A DNA stretch of 64,000 nt from Cyanobacteriota bacterium (GTDB taxonomy: Bacteria; Cyanobacteriota; Cyanobacteriia; Cyanobacteriales; Nostocaceae). The DNA lies in assembly GCA_046045965.1 (NCBI GenBank), contig JBJOKS010000015.1, positions 61,474-125,473 on the forward strand, given 5' to 3'. Of this stretch, positions 8,495 through 17,281 are shown piece by piece. The notes beneath the pieces are model-generated. The model ran no database searches. It had not been told where the DNA came from and worked only from the letters and a program-made list of their open reading frames with translations. Every line of letters begins with the position of its first letter. Positions within the stretch are counted from its first letter, which is position 1. Made by a program: the position numbers and the translations under genes.

Positions 8495-10249
8495 CTAGAC
8501 TAAGGTAGTAGTAAAGTTACCAAGTCCCAGAGTGCCGGTTAAACCTGTCACCTCAATAATGGCATCAGCAGTGGCACTAAACCCAGCTGTAGCATTATTA
8601 ATAGCCACAAAGGTACGGCTACCAAAGGTGAATTGAGCAGCAGAATTAGCTGCAAAATTAGCGGTGGTTAATTTGGCCGCAATGCCAGATGTATTAAGAG
8701 TTGCCACGGTTCCCACATTATTGAATCCGGATCTTGCAGTAGCAACAAGGAATAAATCATTACCAGCAGTAGCATTGAAATCAGTAATAATATCAAAGTT
8801 ATTGAAGACAGAATCAGCTAATTTGCGGTAGTCAAAACGATCAACTCCCAAGCCTCCGGTGAGAGTATCTTTTCCAGTTCCCCCTGTTAATCTGTCATTA
8901 CCAGCACCACCCGCGAGGGCATTGTTGCCATTGTTACCTATAATGACGTTATTGCCTGCGTTACCTGTAGCGTTAATTGCGGCTGTTCCTGTCAGAGTCA
9001 GGTTTTCAATGTTGGTTAGGGCAGCAATACTAAAGGTGACACTAGATTGAATTGTATCTGTCCCTTGTCCAGAAAGTTCGGTAATGGTGTCAGTGGTGCT
9101 ATTGACGATGTAAGTATCATTACCTAAACCACCAATCAATGTATCAACACCCGCACCACCATTGAGGGTATCATTACCATTATTATCAGTAAGAATGTTA
9201 TTACCACTGTTACCTGTAATGACGTTATTGCCTGTGTTACCTGTACCGTTAATTGCGGTTGATCCGGTCAGAGTCAGGTTTTCGATGTTGGTTAGGGTGG
9301 CAATACTAAAGGTGACACTAGATTGAATTGTATCTGTGCCTTGCCCGGAAAGTTCAATAATTGTGTCGTTGGTGCTATCAACAACATAGATATCATTGCC
9401 TAAACCACCAATTAATGTATCAACACCAGCACCACCAATTAATGTATCAACACCAGCACCACCATTCAGGGTGTCATTACCAGCACCACCATTCAGGGTG
9501 TTATTATTGAGAGTGCCATACAGAACATAATTTGTCTCATTACCATAGCTGGAAAGAGTAAAATCACCAGTGGTAACTGTATAATCGCCCAAATCATTGA
9601 TATACGTAAAAATTGGCGTATTTATTTCATCTAAAAGATAGGTTCTGTAGTATTCCAGGTTGAATTGAGCATCAGTAAAATCTATGGAACTCTTGTTATT
9701 CAACTGTACTAGAACTTCTGCGACACCAAAACCCCCCCTTAAATTTGCCCCTGCTAAGATGCCAGACAAGGAGATGGTGATTTCCTGTGTATATATTATT
9801 TTGTCTCCATTAGCATCTTTCTGGAAGTCAGTACGGGCATCATTTAATTTAAAATATTTTACTGTTTTTGATCCTTGGTTAGCAGAATTAGAGAGATAGG
9901 TATCAATAGAGGTTATGCCATTTTCACTCAGACTAAAATTGATATAGCCATAATTCGTGTAAAAAGCTTCTCGAATTGCTGTTTCCTGAGCAGCAGGGTT
10001 TGTAGTCCAAGAATTGAGGCTAGTTACTCCATTTTTGCCTGTCCAAGTGCCATTAAAAACTCCGTCAAACAGGCTACCATCGCTATTGTAATAATCCAGG
10101 TCTACAAATAGTATTTCTGTGAACTGGTATTTCCCTGTAGCATTAGTGTATGGGTTCTGGGTACTGTACTGTAGTGGATCTCCTGATGGTTTTCCTGATT
10201 CCCTTGTACCCAATGCTTCTAGGAATTGCTCGAAATTTCCCTTTGTCAT
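8495..10249 (-). CDS. Secreted RTX (Ca-binding) protein with N-terminal lysozyme-like domain and C-terminal bluetail-like domain
   Basis: N-terminal LGTRESG...Y...N...GKYQF, many GGxGxDxL nonapeptides, a duplicated ~80-aa block, and a C-terminal FDIITDF...TFVAINNATAGF...AIIEVTG domain. Confidence 0.85.
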   Translation of the reverse strand: MTKGNFEQFLEALGTRESGKPSGDPLQYSTQNPYTNATGKYQFTEILFVDLDYYNSDGSLFDGVFNGTWTGKNGVTSLNSWTTNPAAQETAIREAFYTNYGYINFSLSENGITSIDTYLSNSANQGSKTVKYFKLNDARTDFQKDANGDKIIYTQEITISLSGILAGANLRGGFGVAEVLVQLNNKSSIDFTDAQFNLEYYRTYLLDEINTPIFTYINDLGDYTVTTGDFTLSSYGNETNYVLYGTLNNNTLNGGAGNDTLNGGAGVDTLIGGAGVDTLIGGLGNDIYVVDSTNDTIIELSGQGTDTIQSSVTFSIATLTNIENLTLTGSTAINGTGNTGNNVITGNSGNNILTDNNGNDTLNGGAGVDTLIGGLGNDTYIVNSTTDTITELSGQGTDTIQSSVTFSIAALTNIENLTLTGTAAINATGNAGNNVIIGNNGNNALAGGAGNDRLTGGTGKDTLTGGLGVDRFDYRKLADSVFNNFDIITDFNATAGNDLFLVATARSGFNNVGTVATLNTSGIAAKLTTANFAANSAAQFTFGSRTFVAINNATAGFSATADAIIEVTGLTGTLGLGNFTTTLV

Positions 10250-10396
10250 GATGATGCTCCTTGAATGTGGTAAACAAAATTATCTGATTGCTGTTTCTAC
10301 GCACTGCTAGTCACGTTACTTACCATTTACCCACCTTACCAAACTGCTAACCGAGTTCCGCTTAATATCCCCAAAAATACCCCCTTTTTAAGGGTA

Positions 10397-10521
10397 CTAG
10401 TACACTGCGGTGTAAGTGAATGAACCATTTTCAATCTCCGAAAAGTCTATTCTGTCTTAATTTTGACTTTTGAATTTTGAATTTTGAATTTTGATTTTTG
10501 ACTTTCGCAAAGCGGTACTAG
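10397..10521. mobile_element. MITE-like element with CTAGTAC/GTACTAG termini and internal heptamer repeats
   Basis: Termini CTAGTAC...GTACTAG with (TTTTGAA/TTTTGAC)n inside; it splits a CCCCTTTTTAAGGG..CTAGGGGGG repeat. Confidence 0.65.
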
Positions 10522-10848
10522 GGGGGGTATAAAGATTTTTGATACATCACTAGCAACTTTTCAAACTTCCTCTTAATATATTTCATATTTATCCTTCATT
10601 AAATATTTAAAATTCTGATCAAGAGATTTAGTATCATAGTGCTGATTGGACATATATCTGAATGAATTGATTATCTAAGAGCTATATCAGGATATGTTCT
10701 GTTAAGTAGTTCTATCAACCTGGAAAAAATAACTCTTATTGATTTAAGAGACAAATTTGAGTATAAATTATCTCCAAAATTTTATCTCAAAATTTTTGCT
10801 CATCATTATCTTCCAGATATATTATTTTGATAGTAGAGGGCTTTTATA

Positions 10849-13062
10849 GTGGCTACAACTGGTCTCAATCGCAAACAACTGGTTACTACCTCTAAACAAA
10901 GCGTGTTTGATCTTAGACAAATAGCTACAATTCTGTTTTATCGTCGCTTTTTCATCTTGGGGGTTTCCTGTGCAGTGATGTCAGTTACAAGCCTTCTAGC
11001 TGTAATCACGAAACCCATGTACCAGAGTTCTATGCAAATCATGGTAAGCAATGATTTGGACGAAGAATTACGCTCGCAACAATTCCAAAGTGATGTAAAA
11101 AGTGAGTTAAATAACCCTAATATTTCATCTTTAGAAAATACCAGTCAGATTCAATTAATGCTGAGTTCTAAACTGGTACAAAAAGCTGTTGACTTACTAA
11201 GTTCTGATTATCCCAATATAACCATAGAAGAGATCAAAGGTAAAAGTGATACTGGTAACCCAGGATATTTGCAAGTCAGACCAGCCTCAGCAATTTCTGA
11301 ATTTAATCAGGTTGCAAATCAAGTATTTGTTGTCTCTTTTAAAGATCCGAACCCAGTCAAAACTAAAAGAGTATTGCAAGCTCTACAGAAGGTTTATCAA
11401 GACTACAATATTGAGCAGAAAAACCTGCGTATCAATCAAGGTTTAGCTTTTGTTAATCAGCGATTACCTACATTGCAAAATGACACCCTAGCGGCTGAAC
11501 AAAGATTAGCTATATTTCGCAAGAAACATAATTTGATCGATCCGCAATTACAAAGTAAAATCTTACTAGAATCTGTGGCTGATCTTCAGAAACAACGCCA
11601 AAAAACTCGCTCCCAAATTGAAGATATCCAAAGTCGCTACAATAGTCTAGAACAAAAATTAGCATCTTCCCAGCAAAATGCACAATTGGCGGATAGTGTA
11701 AGTAGTTCCGGTAGTTATGAAGCTTTATTGAATGAAGTTAGAAACACAGAAATGAGTTTAAATCAGGAGCTTTCCCGCTACACTGATAATTCTCCAGTCG
11801 TAATTAGACTCAAGGAAAAACGCCAAATTCAAATGGCACTCTTACAACAAAAATTGCCACCTGTAGCTATTAATGATCACAACAAAACAGAAAATTCATT
11901 TGAGGCTGATAACAAGTTAAAAACCGATTTAACAGAATTAAAAAATCAACAAATTTCCCTGATTCAAAAAGAAAACCAATTAGCTAAATCTGAACAGAAA
12001 ATTCGCTCAGAGCTAAATACATACCCTGGAATAATAGCAGAGTATAATCGCTTGTTATCAGATGTCACAGTCCAACGGAGAACCCTTGAACAATTGGTGC
12101 AATTACAGCAGTCCTTGGGAATGAAAATTGCTCAAAGAGGATTTGAATTGCAAGTTTTGGAAGAACCAGATTTGGGAATTTATATTGGCACAAAAAAATG
12201 GTTATTGATTATTAGTGGAGTGGTCATTGGTCCGATTTTAGGTGTGATTTTAGCCTTGATCTGGGAAATGTTTAATCAGGCTATTTTTTCCCCTTTAGAT
12301 TTACAGAAGCTGACGAATATCCGGTTACTTGGTTCAGTGCCAAAATTGGGTAAACCTAGTTTAAAAACCAGGCTAAAAGACATATTTAGACATAAACGAA
12401 AAAAAGCACCATCTGTAATATCCGCAAGCGAAACTAAATTATCCAGCCATGAAACCCTGGATATGATTTATCAAAATCTGCAAATCTTCAAGAATTCCTT
12501 ACCTTTTAAATCCTTGATGTTGACTTCTGCACTACCAGGAGAAGGAAAAACAACATTAGCTTTAGGGTTGGGAGCTAGTGCAGCAAATATGCACCAACGG
12601 GTATTAGTCATTGATGCTAATTTGCGATCGCCCCAATTACACAAAATTCTGGAAATATCCAATGATTGGGGTTTATCTCTATTATTACTGGATGACATCA
12701 AAACTCAATTTCATAATTATATTCAACCTATTCACCCATCAATTGATGTTTTGACCGCAGGACCCAAACCAGATAATGCAGCTAATCTACTGAGTTCAGG
12801 AAGACTAAAAGAATTAATTGAAACCTTTGAAAAAATCTATGACCTAGTTTTAATAGACGCTTCTTCTGTCTTAGATAGCGTTGATGCCAGAATGATCGCC
12901 TCTGTTTCTAATGGTATTGTCATCGTCGGACGCATCGGCAAATTAACCCCACAGGAACTAACACAAACAACAGAAATCTTGAGTCAGTTGAATTTAATTG
13001 GTATTGTTGCCAATGACGTAAAGAATTTAGGGAACAGGGAACAGGTGACAGGTGACAGGTGA
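10849..13062 (+). CDS. GumC/Wzc-family polysaccharide chain-length regulator / tyrosine-kinase-like protein
   Basis: Two TMs flanking a coiled-coil periplasmic region; cytoplasmic SALPGEGKTT, VIDANLRSP, VLIDA motifs. Confidence 0.92.
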   Translation: MATTGLNRKQLVTTSKQSVFDLRQIATILFYRRFFILGVSCAVMSVTSLLAVITKPMYQSSMQIMVSNDLDEELRSQQFQSDVKSELNNPNISSLENTSQIQLMLSSKLVQKAVDLLSSDYPNITIEEIKGKSDTGNPGYLQVRPASAISEFNQVANQVFVVSFKDPNPVKTKRVLQALQKVYQDYNIEQKNLRINQGLAFVNQRLPTLQNDTLAAEQRLAIFRKKHNLIDPQLQSKILLESVADLQKQRQKTRSQIEDIQSRYNSLEQKLASSQQNAQLADSVSSSGSYEALLNEVRNTEMSLNQELSRYTDNSPVVIRLKEKRQIQMALLQQKLPPVAINDHNKTENSFEADNKLKTDLTELKNQQISLIQKENQLAKSEQKIRSELNTYPGIIAEYNRLLSDVTVQRRTLEQLVQLQQSLGMKIAQRGFELQVLEEPDLGIYIGTKKWLLIISGVVIGPILGVILALIWEMFNQAIFSPLDLQKLTNIRLLGSVPKLGKPSLKTRLKDIFRHKRKKAPSVISASETKLSSHETLDMIYQNLQIFKNSLPFKSLMLTSALPGEGKTTLALGLGASAANMHQRVLVIDANLRSPQLHKILEISNDWGLSLLLLDDIKTQFHNYIQPIHPSIDVLTAGPKPDNAANLLSSGRLKELIETFEKIYDLVLIDASSVLDSVDARMIASVSNGIVIVGRIGKLTPQELTQTTEILSQLNLIGIVANDVKNLGNREQVTGDR

Positions 13063-13079
13063 CAGGTGACAGGTGACAG
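13029..13079. repeat. STRR heptamer repeat (GGGAACA/GGTGACA)
   Basis: Tandem 7-mers overlapping the stop codon of the Wzc-like gene. Confidence 0.9.
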
Positions 13080-13184
13080 TGAAAAAACTGATAACTGATA
13101 GCTGCATAATAAGTAGAAGTGGCAACTTCCTCACAAGGAAAAATATCTTTTAAACTTGTAGAGGCTTGTGATTAGACAATCAGC

Positions 13185-14330
13185 ATGAAAATCCAACTTT
13201 ATTTAGGCGCTTTATTTTCCCGAATTCAAGGAAAACATTGGTGGATAGGTATCCTCTTATGGTTTGTTTTAGTTGCTCCTGCTCAAGCATCTGTCATCCT
13301 GCGCGTAGCAATTGAAAGGGGAGTAAATCAAGTTAAAGTTGGTGCTTCCACGACAGCAATAGTTAAAGATAGTGCTGGCCGTACCCTGGGACAACTACCA
13401 GGAATGAGTGCTTATGCTGCTCAAGCAGTTCCAGGAGGAGTAGCTTTAGATAAATGGCAATCTGGTTTATTTTGGATTGAACCAACAGGTAAGGGATTTG
13501 TTTATATAGGCGATCGCTGGTTTCGCGGTAGAACTCTAGTTATCCCCACCGAAAAAGGCTTAACCGCAGTTAACTGGGTAGATTTAGAAGAATATCTTTA
13601 CAGCGTCCTGGGAGGGGAAATGAACTCTAGCTGGCCGCAAGAAGCCTTAAAAGCTCAAGCGATCGCAGCTCGTACCTATGCCCTCTATGAGCGCGAAAAA
13701 CAGCGCAACAACCCCGTTTATGACTTAGGAGATAGTCCCGACCGTTGGCAAATTTACAAAGGTGTTAGCAGCGAATCTCGCAACACCTACGCCGCAGTAG
13801 ACAGCACCGCCGGTCAAGTCCTCACCTACGACAACCGCATTATTCTCTCCGTATTCCATGCCTGTTCTGGTGGACACACCGAAAACGTAGAAGACGTTTG
13901 GGGAAATGCCCTCCCTTATTTACGTGCAGTCCAAGACTTTGATCAAAACGTCAAAGAATGCAACTGGGTAAGAACTTTCTCCCCAGGGGAAATTAACGCC
14001 AGAATTGACGGTATAGGCAACGTCAAAGATATGATGATCGAATCTCTCTCCCCTTTCCGCAGCGTTAAAACCTTGAGAATTGTTGGTGATCAAGGTACTA
14101 AACTCCTCAAAGGTGAAGCAGTCCGTACCGCACTTAAACTAAGAAGTACCCGTTTTACCCTCAGCAAAGACGCAAATGGTAACTTTGTCCTCCAAGGATT
14201 AGGCTTTGGACACGGTTTAGGTATGAGCCAATGGGGAGCCTACAATTTAGCTCAACGCGGTGCAAACCACCTACAAATTTTAGGACATTATTACAAAGGT
14301 GTAGCTTTAACTCCTATTCAAGCTAAGTAG
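13185..14330 (+). CDS. SpoIID/LytB domain protein (lytic transglycosylase-like)
   Basis: LEEYLYSVLGGEM, EALKAQAIAARTYA, FHACSGGHTE, GFGHGLGMSQWGA, ILGHYY. Confidence 0.95.
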   Translation: MKIQLYLGALFSRIQGKHWWIGILLWFVLVAPAQASVILRVAIERGVNQVKVGASTTAIVKDSAGRTLGQLPGMSAYAAQAVPGGVALDKWQSGLFWIEPTGKGFVYIGDRWFRGRTLVIPTEKGLTAVNWVDLEEYLYSVLGGEMNSSWPQEALKAQAIAARTYALYEREKQRNNPVYDLGDSPDRWQIYKGVSSESRNTYAAVDSTAGQVLTYDNRIILSVFHACSGGHTENVEDVWGNALPYLRAVQDFDQNVKECNWVRTFSPGEINARIDGIGNVKDMMIESLSPFRSVKTLRIVGDQGTKLLKGEAVRTALKLRSTRFTLSKDANGNFVLQGLGFGHGLGMSQWGAYNLAQRGANHLQILGHYYKGVALTPIQAK

Positions 14331-14440
14331 TCAGGAGGCAGGAGGCAGAAGGCAGGAGGCAGGAGGCAGGAGGCAGGAGAAATGAAATTTGTAACTTTTG
14401 CCTTTTCCTGTTCCCTGTTCCCTGTTCCCTATTCCCTGTC
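14331..14440. repeat. STRR heptamer repeats (CAGGAGG)n and (CCTGTTC)n
   Basis: Two blocks of tandem 7-mers between convergent genes. Confidence 0.85.
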
Positions 14441-14457
14441 ACTTTTTTCCCAATCAC

Positions 14458-15729
14458 CTATTCCCTATCATCTAACAAATTTTGCCTTTTCACCTGCTCA
14501 AATTCTTGTTCTAGTAAATCACTGTCACTGGAATAAATTAAATCTTCTTTACCAATTACTTTTTCGGTTGCAAACTGATTTGCAAAAGCCATCTTCTGTT
14601 GTAAAGAATCATCTGCATTAGCTAAAATTCTAGCTCTTTCTAAACGCTCACGGTTACGGACTGCAATTTTACCATTACGCCATTGAATCCAAAAATAACG
14701 CGCTAACGGTATTCCTAAAAAACCAATTCCATAGACTAACAATAACCAATAAATTCCTTGTACAAAACCAACCAATCCCCCTATTTCGGCTGCAACTGTT
14801 CCACCTTTCAATAAACTGCCTAATATTAAAGCCCCCACCAAATTGACTGCACCCAAACCCGCACTGAGCATAATTTGTCCTGAACTAGCAGCACTAAACC
14901 GCCAAGGAATTTCATCTAAATATGGCGCTATAGACTGACGTTGCTTTTTACTAGCTTTTACCTGCAACTCTGGGAAATAATAAACAATTTGACCATCAGG
15001 ACTTACCTGGGGTTTGCCATTAAATCGCACCAACACAGGTAACATATAATCTTCATATTCTTGTTGATATTTCTCACCCAAATTATCCAAATACGGCGCA
15101 ATTTGTTCCGCTACCACTGCCCCTTTATTATTCCTAATCACAGTACCAATATCTTGCCAGCGTCTTTCTTCTAATTTGGCGTTAGGATTTCCATCACCAA
15201 ACAAAAACGAAAATACAGCTTCCAAAAAATTGAACTCACTATTTTCTCTTCTTTCTTTTCGTCGTTCTTGATTACCATAATCTGGGCTAAAATACCAGAA
15301 TAAATCAGGGAAAAAGAAGAAATTGAAACCACTAGAATTGCTGCTTCTATTATCTCCATCTCGGTCTGAATTAGCAGCAGTAATAATGATAATGATGGTG
15401 ACAGTAATCAGCGCAATAGAAGCAATTAACAAAACACCAAAGGAAATACGAATTAGGTAAATTAGCATTCCCAAAATCTTTTTCCACCATTCTTGCAACC
15501 GCAACTGCAAGTATTTGTTACGTAAGATAGTTCTAAAATTTTGCGGAAATTGATAAACAATATCACCTGTTTCTGCTACCTGTAAATGTCCACCAGCATC
15601 AGACGCTAAAGCTAATAAACCTTGACTCGCTTCACCTACATTCAAGCCAGCTTGACTAGCTACATCACCCACAGTAACACGGTAGCCCAATTGTTCCACA
15701 GATCGCATAATAGCGGGATTGGGAGTCAT
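14458..15729 (-). CDS. Conserved cyanobacterial/plastid membrane protein of unknown function
   Basis: 423-aa ORF with N-terminal RVTVGDVA...LASDAGGHLQV, FSFLFGDGNPN motif and 3 TMs. Confidence 0.85.
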   Translation of the reverse strand: MTPNPAIMRSVEQLGYRVTVGDVASQAGLNVGEASQGLLALASDAGGHLQVAETGDIVYQFPQNFRTILRNKYLQLRLQEWWKKILGMLIYLIRISFGVLLIASIALITVTIIIIITAANSDRDGDNRSSNSSGFNFFFFPDLFWYFSPDYGNQERRKERRENSEFNFLEAVFSFLFGDGNPNAKLEERRWQDIGTVIRNNKGAVVAEQIAPYLDNLGEKYQQEYEDYMLPVLVRFNGKPQVSPDGQIVYYFPELQVKASKKQRQSIAPYLDEIPWRFSAASSGQIMLSAGLGAVNLVGALILGSLLKGGTVAAEIGGLVGFVQGIYWLLLVYGIGFLGIPLARYFWIQWRNGKIAVRNRERLERARILANADDSLQQKMAFANQFATEKVIGKEDLIYSSDSDLLEQEFEQVKRQNLLDDRE

Positions 15730-15881
15730 CGCCTCTCCTCTCCTGTTGTATTTTACAGTTCTTTTATTTAGTATAAATAATTATTTAAAATCCTCGACTT
15801 CTGAGAAAAGTTGGGAACTAATGACACTTAAATGTTAAAATTAATTACCTGCTTGGTAAACCAGCAAATTTTCTGCCTACT

Positions 15882-16361
15882 ATGGTTCAATATACTCTCG
15901 CTCAAAGTCCAGAAATTATTCTGACTGTTCCTGGTAGAGATTCGGCTAAAGCCCGTGATAAAGCTATGGATCAGTTGATGGAATTGATGGAAGCTGATAA
16001 ACTACCTACAGAATTGGAAGAAGGATTTGGTCCTCAACAGTTAATTGAAGTCAAAGAACCAATTACTGATAATACTAGCGGTGAGGATGCCATTACTCAA
16101 GCTGTCCAAATTCTCAGCAATTTAGCTACATTAAAGTTAAAAGTCCAAGAAACCCGCACTGAAGCTTTAGAAATTCGCAAAGCTGTTGATGTTCTATTTT
16201 CTGATAATACTGTGACTGAGGAAGAAATTACCCGTCTCAAGGAAGGTTTTAAGGTTCTGAAAAATTTCGCTCAAGCCAATATCCGTTATCAAGAAGCAAA
16301 AACCAAAGCTGAACCAGCTAGAGAAGTTTTAGATCAAGCTCTCAAATCACCGGAAAAATAA
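15882..16361 (+). CDS. Conserved hypothetical coiled-coil protein
   Basis: 159-aa ORF with normal codon usage, followed by a hairpin. Confidence 0.8.
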   Translation: MVQYTLAQSPEIILTVPGRDSAKARDKAMDQLMELMEADKLPTELEEGFGPQQLIEVKEPITDNTSGEDAITQAVQILSNLATLKLKVQETRTEALEIRKAVDVLFSDNTVTEEEITRLKEGFKVLKNFAQANIRYQEAKTKAEPAREVLDQALKSPEK

Positions 16362-16396
16362 CAATCTATCCAAAATCCAAAATCTAAAATCCAAAA

Positions 16397-16422
16397 AAGG
16401 GTAGACTTTTTAATCTACCCTT
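16397..16422. terminator. Terminator between convergent ORF and tRNA-Gln
   Basis: AAGGGTAGA-loop-TCTACCCTT preceded by an A-run (U-tract on the - strand). Confidence 0.65.
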
Positions 16423-16429
16423 AATAATG

Positions 16430-16501
16430 CTGGGGCGCTAGGATTCGAACCTAGGGATGGCGGGACCAAAACCCGCTGCCTTACCACTTGGCTACGCCCC
16501 A
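16430..16501 (-). tRNA. trnQ: tRNA-Gln(TTG)
   Basis: Reverse complement TGGGGCGTAGCCAAGTGGTAAGGCAGCGGGTTTTGGTCCCGCCATCCCTAGGTTCGAATCCTAGCGCCCCAG; cloverleaf, anticodon TTG, no encoded CCA. Confidence 0.97.
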
Positions 16502-16661
16502 ATGACTCAGCTTTAAATAATATAGCAGTAACCATATAGGTTCTGTCAAGTATTTTTTCAAGAAAAATTTAGAAGTCAGGAGTCAGGAATCAGGAATCAG
16601 GAGTAAAACCCTGTTGTAGTGGGAGTTTCATCAATTGATGTCCTAACCACCCTATCACCTG

Positions 16662-16904
16662 CTATAAATCCACGAATCTTTGAGAAGTCGGAAATTTGGC
16701 GCAAAAAAAAGGGAAGGTTTCTATCCCTTCCCTTGGTTTGTTGTTTTGGTTGTTTTCTGGCTTTTGCTGTTCCTTTTGCTGTTCTTTGAGCTTGTTTCTC
16801 AGCATCTGCCTTTGTTTCTTCAGTTGTCTTTGTCTGGCTGAACCGCCTCGGCCTTTGTCGTTTCTCCCTTCTTTGCGGGGTGATTCCCATCTTTTTAAGC
16901 GCAT
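16662..16904 (-). CDS. Small basic protein, candidate alternative ribosome-rescue factor (ArfA/BrfA-like architecture)
   Basis: Lys/Arg-rich N-terminal half with RNDKGRGGSARQRQ, an internal intrinsic terminator, and an upstream TATAAT. Function is inferred. Confidence 0.6.
   Translation of the reverse strand: MRLKRWESPRKEGRNDKGRGGSARQRQLKKQRQMLRNKLKEQQKEQQKPENNQNNKPREGIETFPFFCAKFPTSQRFVDL
16703..16734 (-). terminator. Intrinsic terminator inside the small basic ORF
   Basis: Minus strand AAGGGAAGG-GATAGAAA-CCTTCCCTT-TTTTTT: a 9-bp stem running into an 8-U tract, 13 codons before the stop. Confidence 0.75.
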
Positions 16905-16939
16905 AGTGTTTTTTGGGTGAATAATTGACTATGAAATGC

Positions 16940-16969
16940 TATAGACAGCACTTGTCTTATTATACTACA
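16940..16969 (-). promoter_or_regulatory. -10 element overlapped by a putative TrcR-type operator
   Basis: Minus strand TGTAGTATAATAAGACAAGTGCTGTCTATA; contains TATAAT and three blocks shared with the trcR promoter region. Confidence 0.55.
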
Positions 16970-17005
16970 AAATTTTCAATTTTTCCAGAAACTTAGAAGA
17001 TTGAG

Positions 17006-17256
17006 AACGAACCACTCCAGACGCAGAGGACACAGAGAGAACTATCTGTTATTTTTGATTAGGTTAACGGTAACATCCTGTACATCCTTTAATCCTGGTT
17101 ATCCTGATTCAGACTTTTTCGGTTTTGTGTATAAGTTTTTTAAAGAAACGAACCGCAGAGGCGCAGAGGACGCAGAGAGCAATTTCTGTTATTTTTTAGT
17201 AGGTTAACGGTAACATCCTGTACATCTTTTAATCTTGGTTATCCTGATTCAGACTT
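17006..17256. repeat. Two ~110-bp direct repeats (composite dispersed repeat), period ~140 bp
   Basis: 17006-17116 and 17147-17256 share AACGAACC..CAGAGGAC.CAGAGAG..TAGGTTAACGGTAACATCCTGTACATC..GGTTATCCTGATTCAGACTT. Confidence 0.85.
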
Positions 17257-17281
17257 AATATTTTTCTGTAATCTTTGAATT

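Noticed and set aside
8282..8503. 73-aa ORF with a hydrophobic stretch
   Set aside because: Built from TTC-rich and REP-like repeats, with a TTG start inside a palindrome.
16597..16920. Alternative ORFs 16597-16890 (-) and 16696-16920 (+)
   Set aside because: Shadows of the 16662-16904 ORF, which has the first ATG after the promoter; the alternative minus frame cannot be fully excluded.
17006..17256. Possible CRISPR array
   Set aside because: Only two ~110-bp units built from dispersed repeats; no repeat-spacer periodicity and no cas genes.
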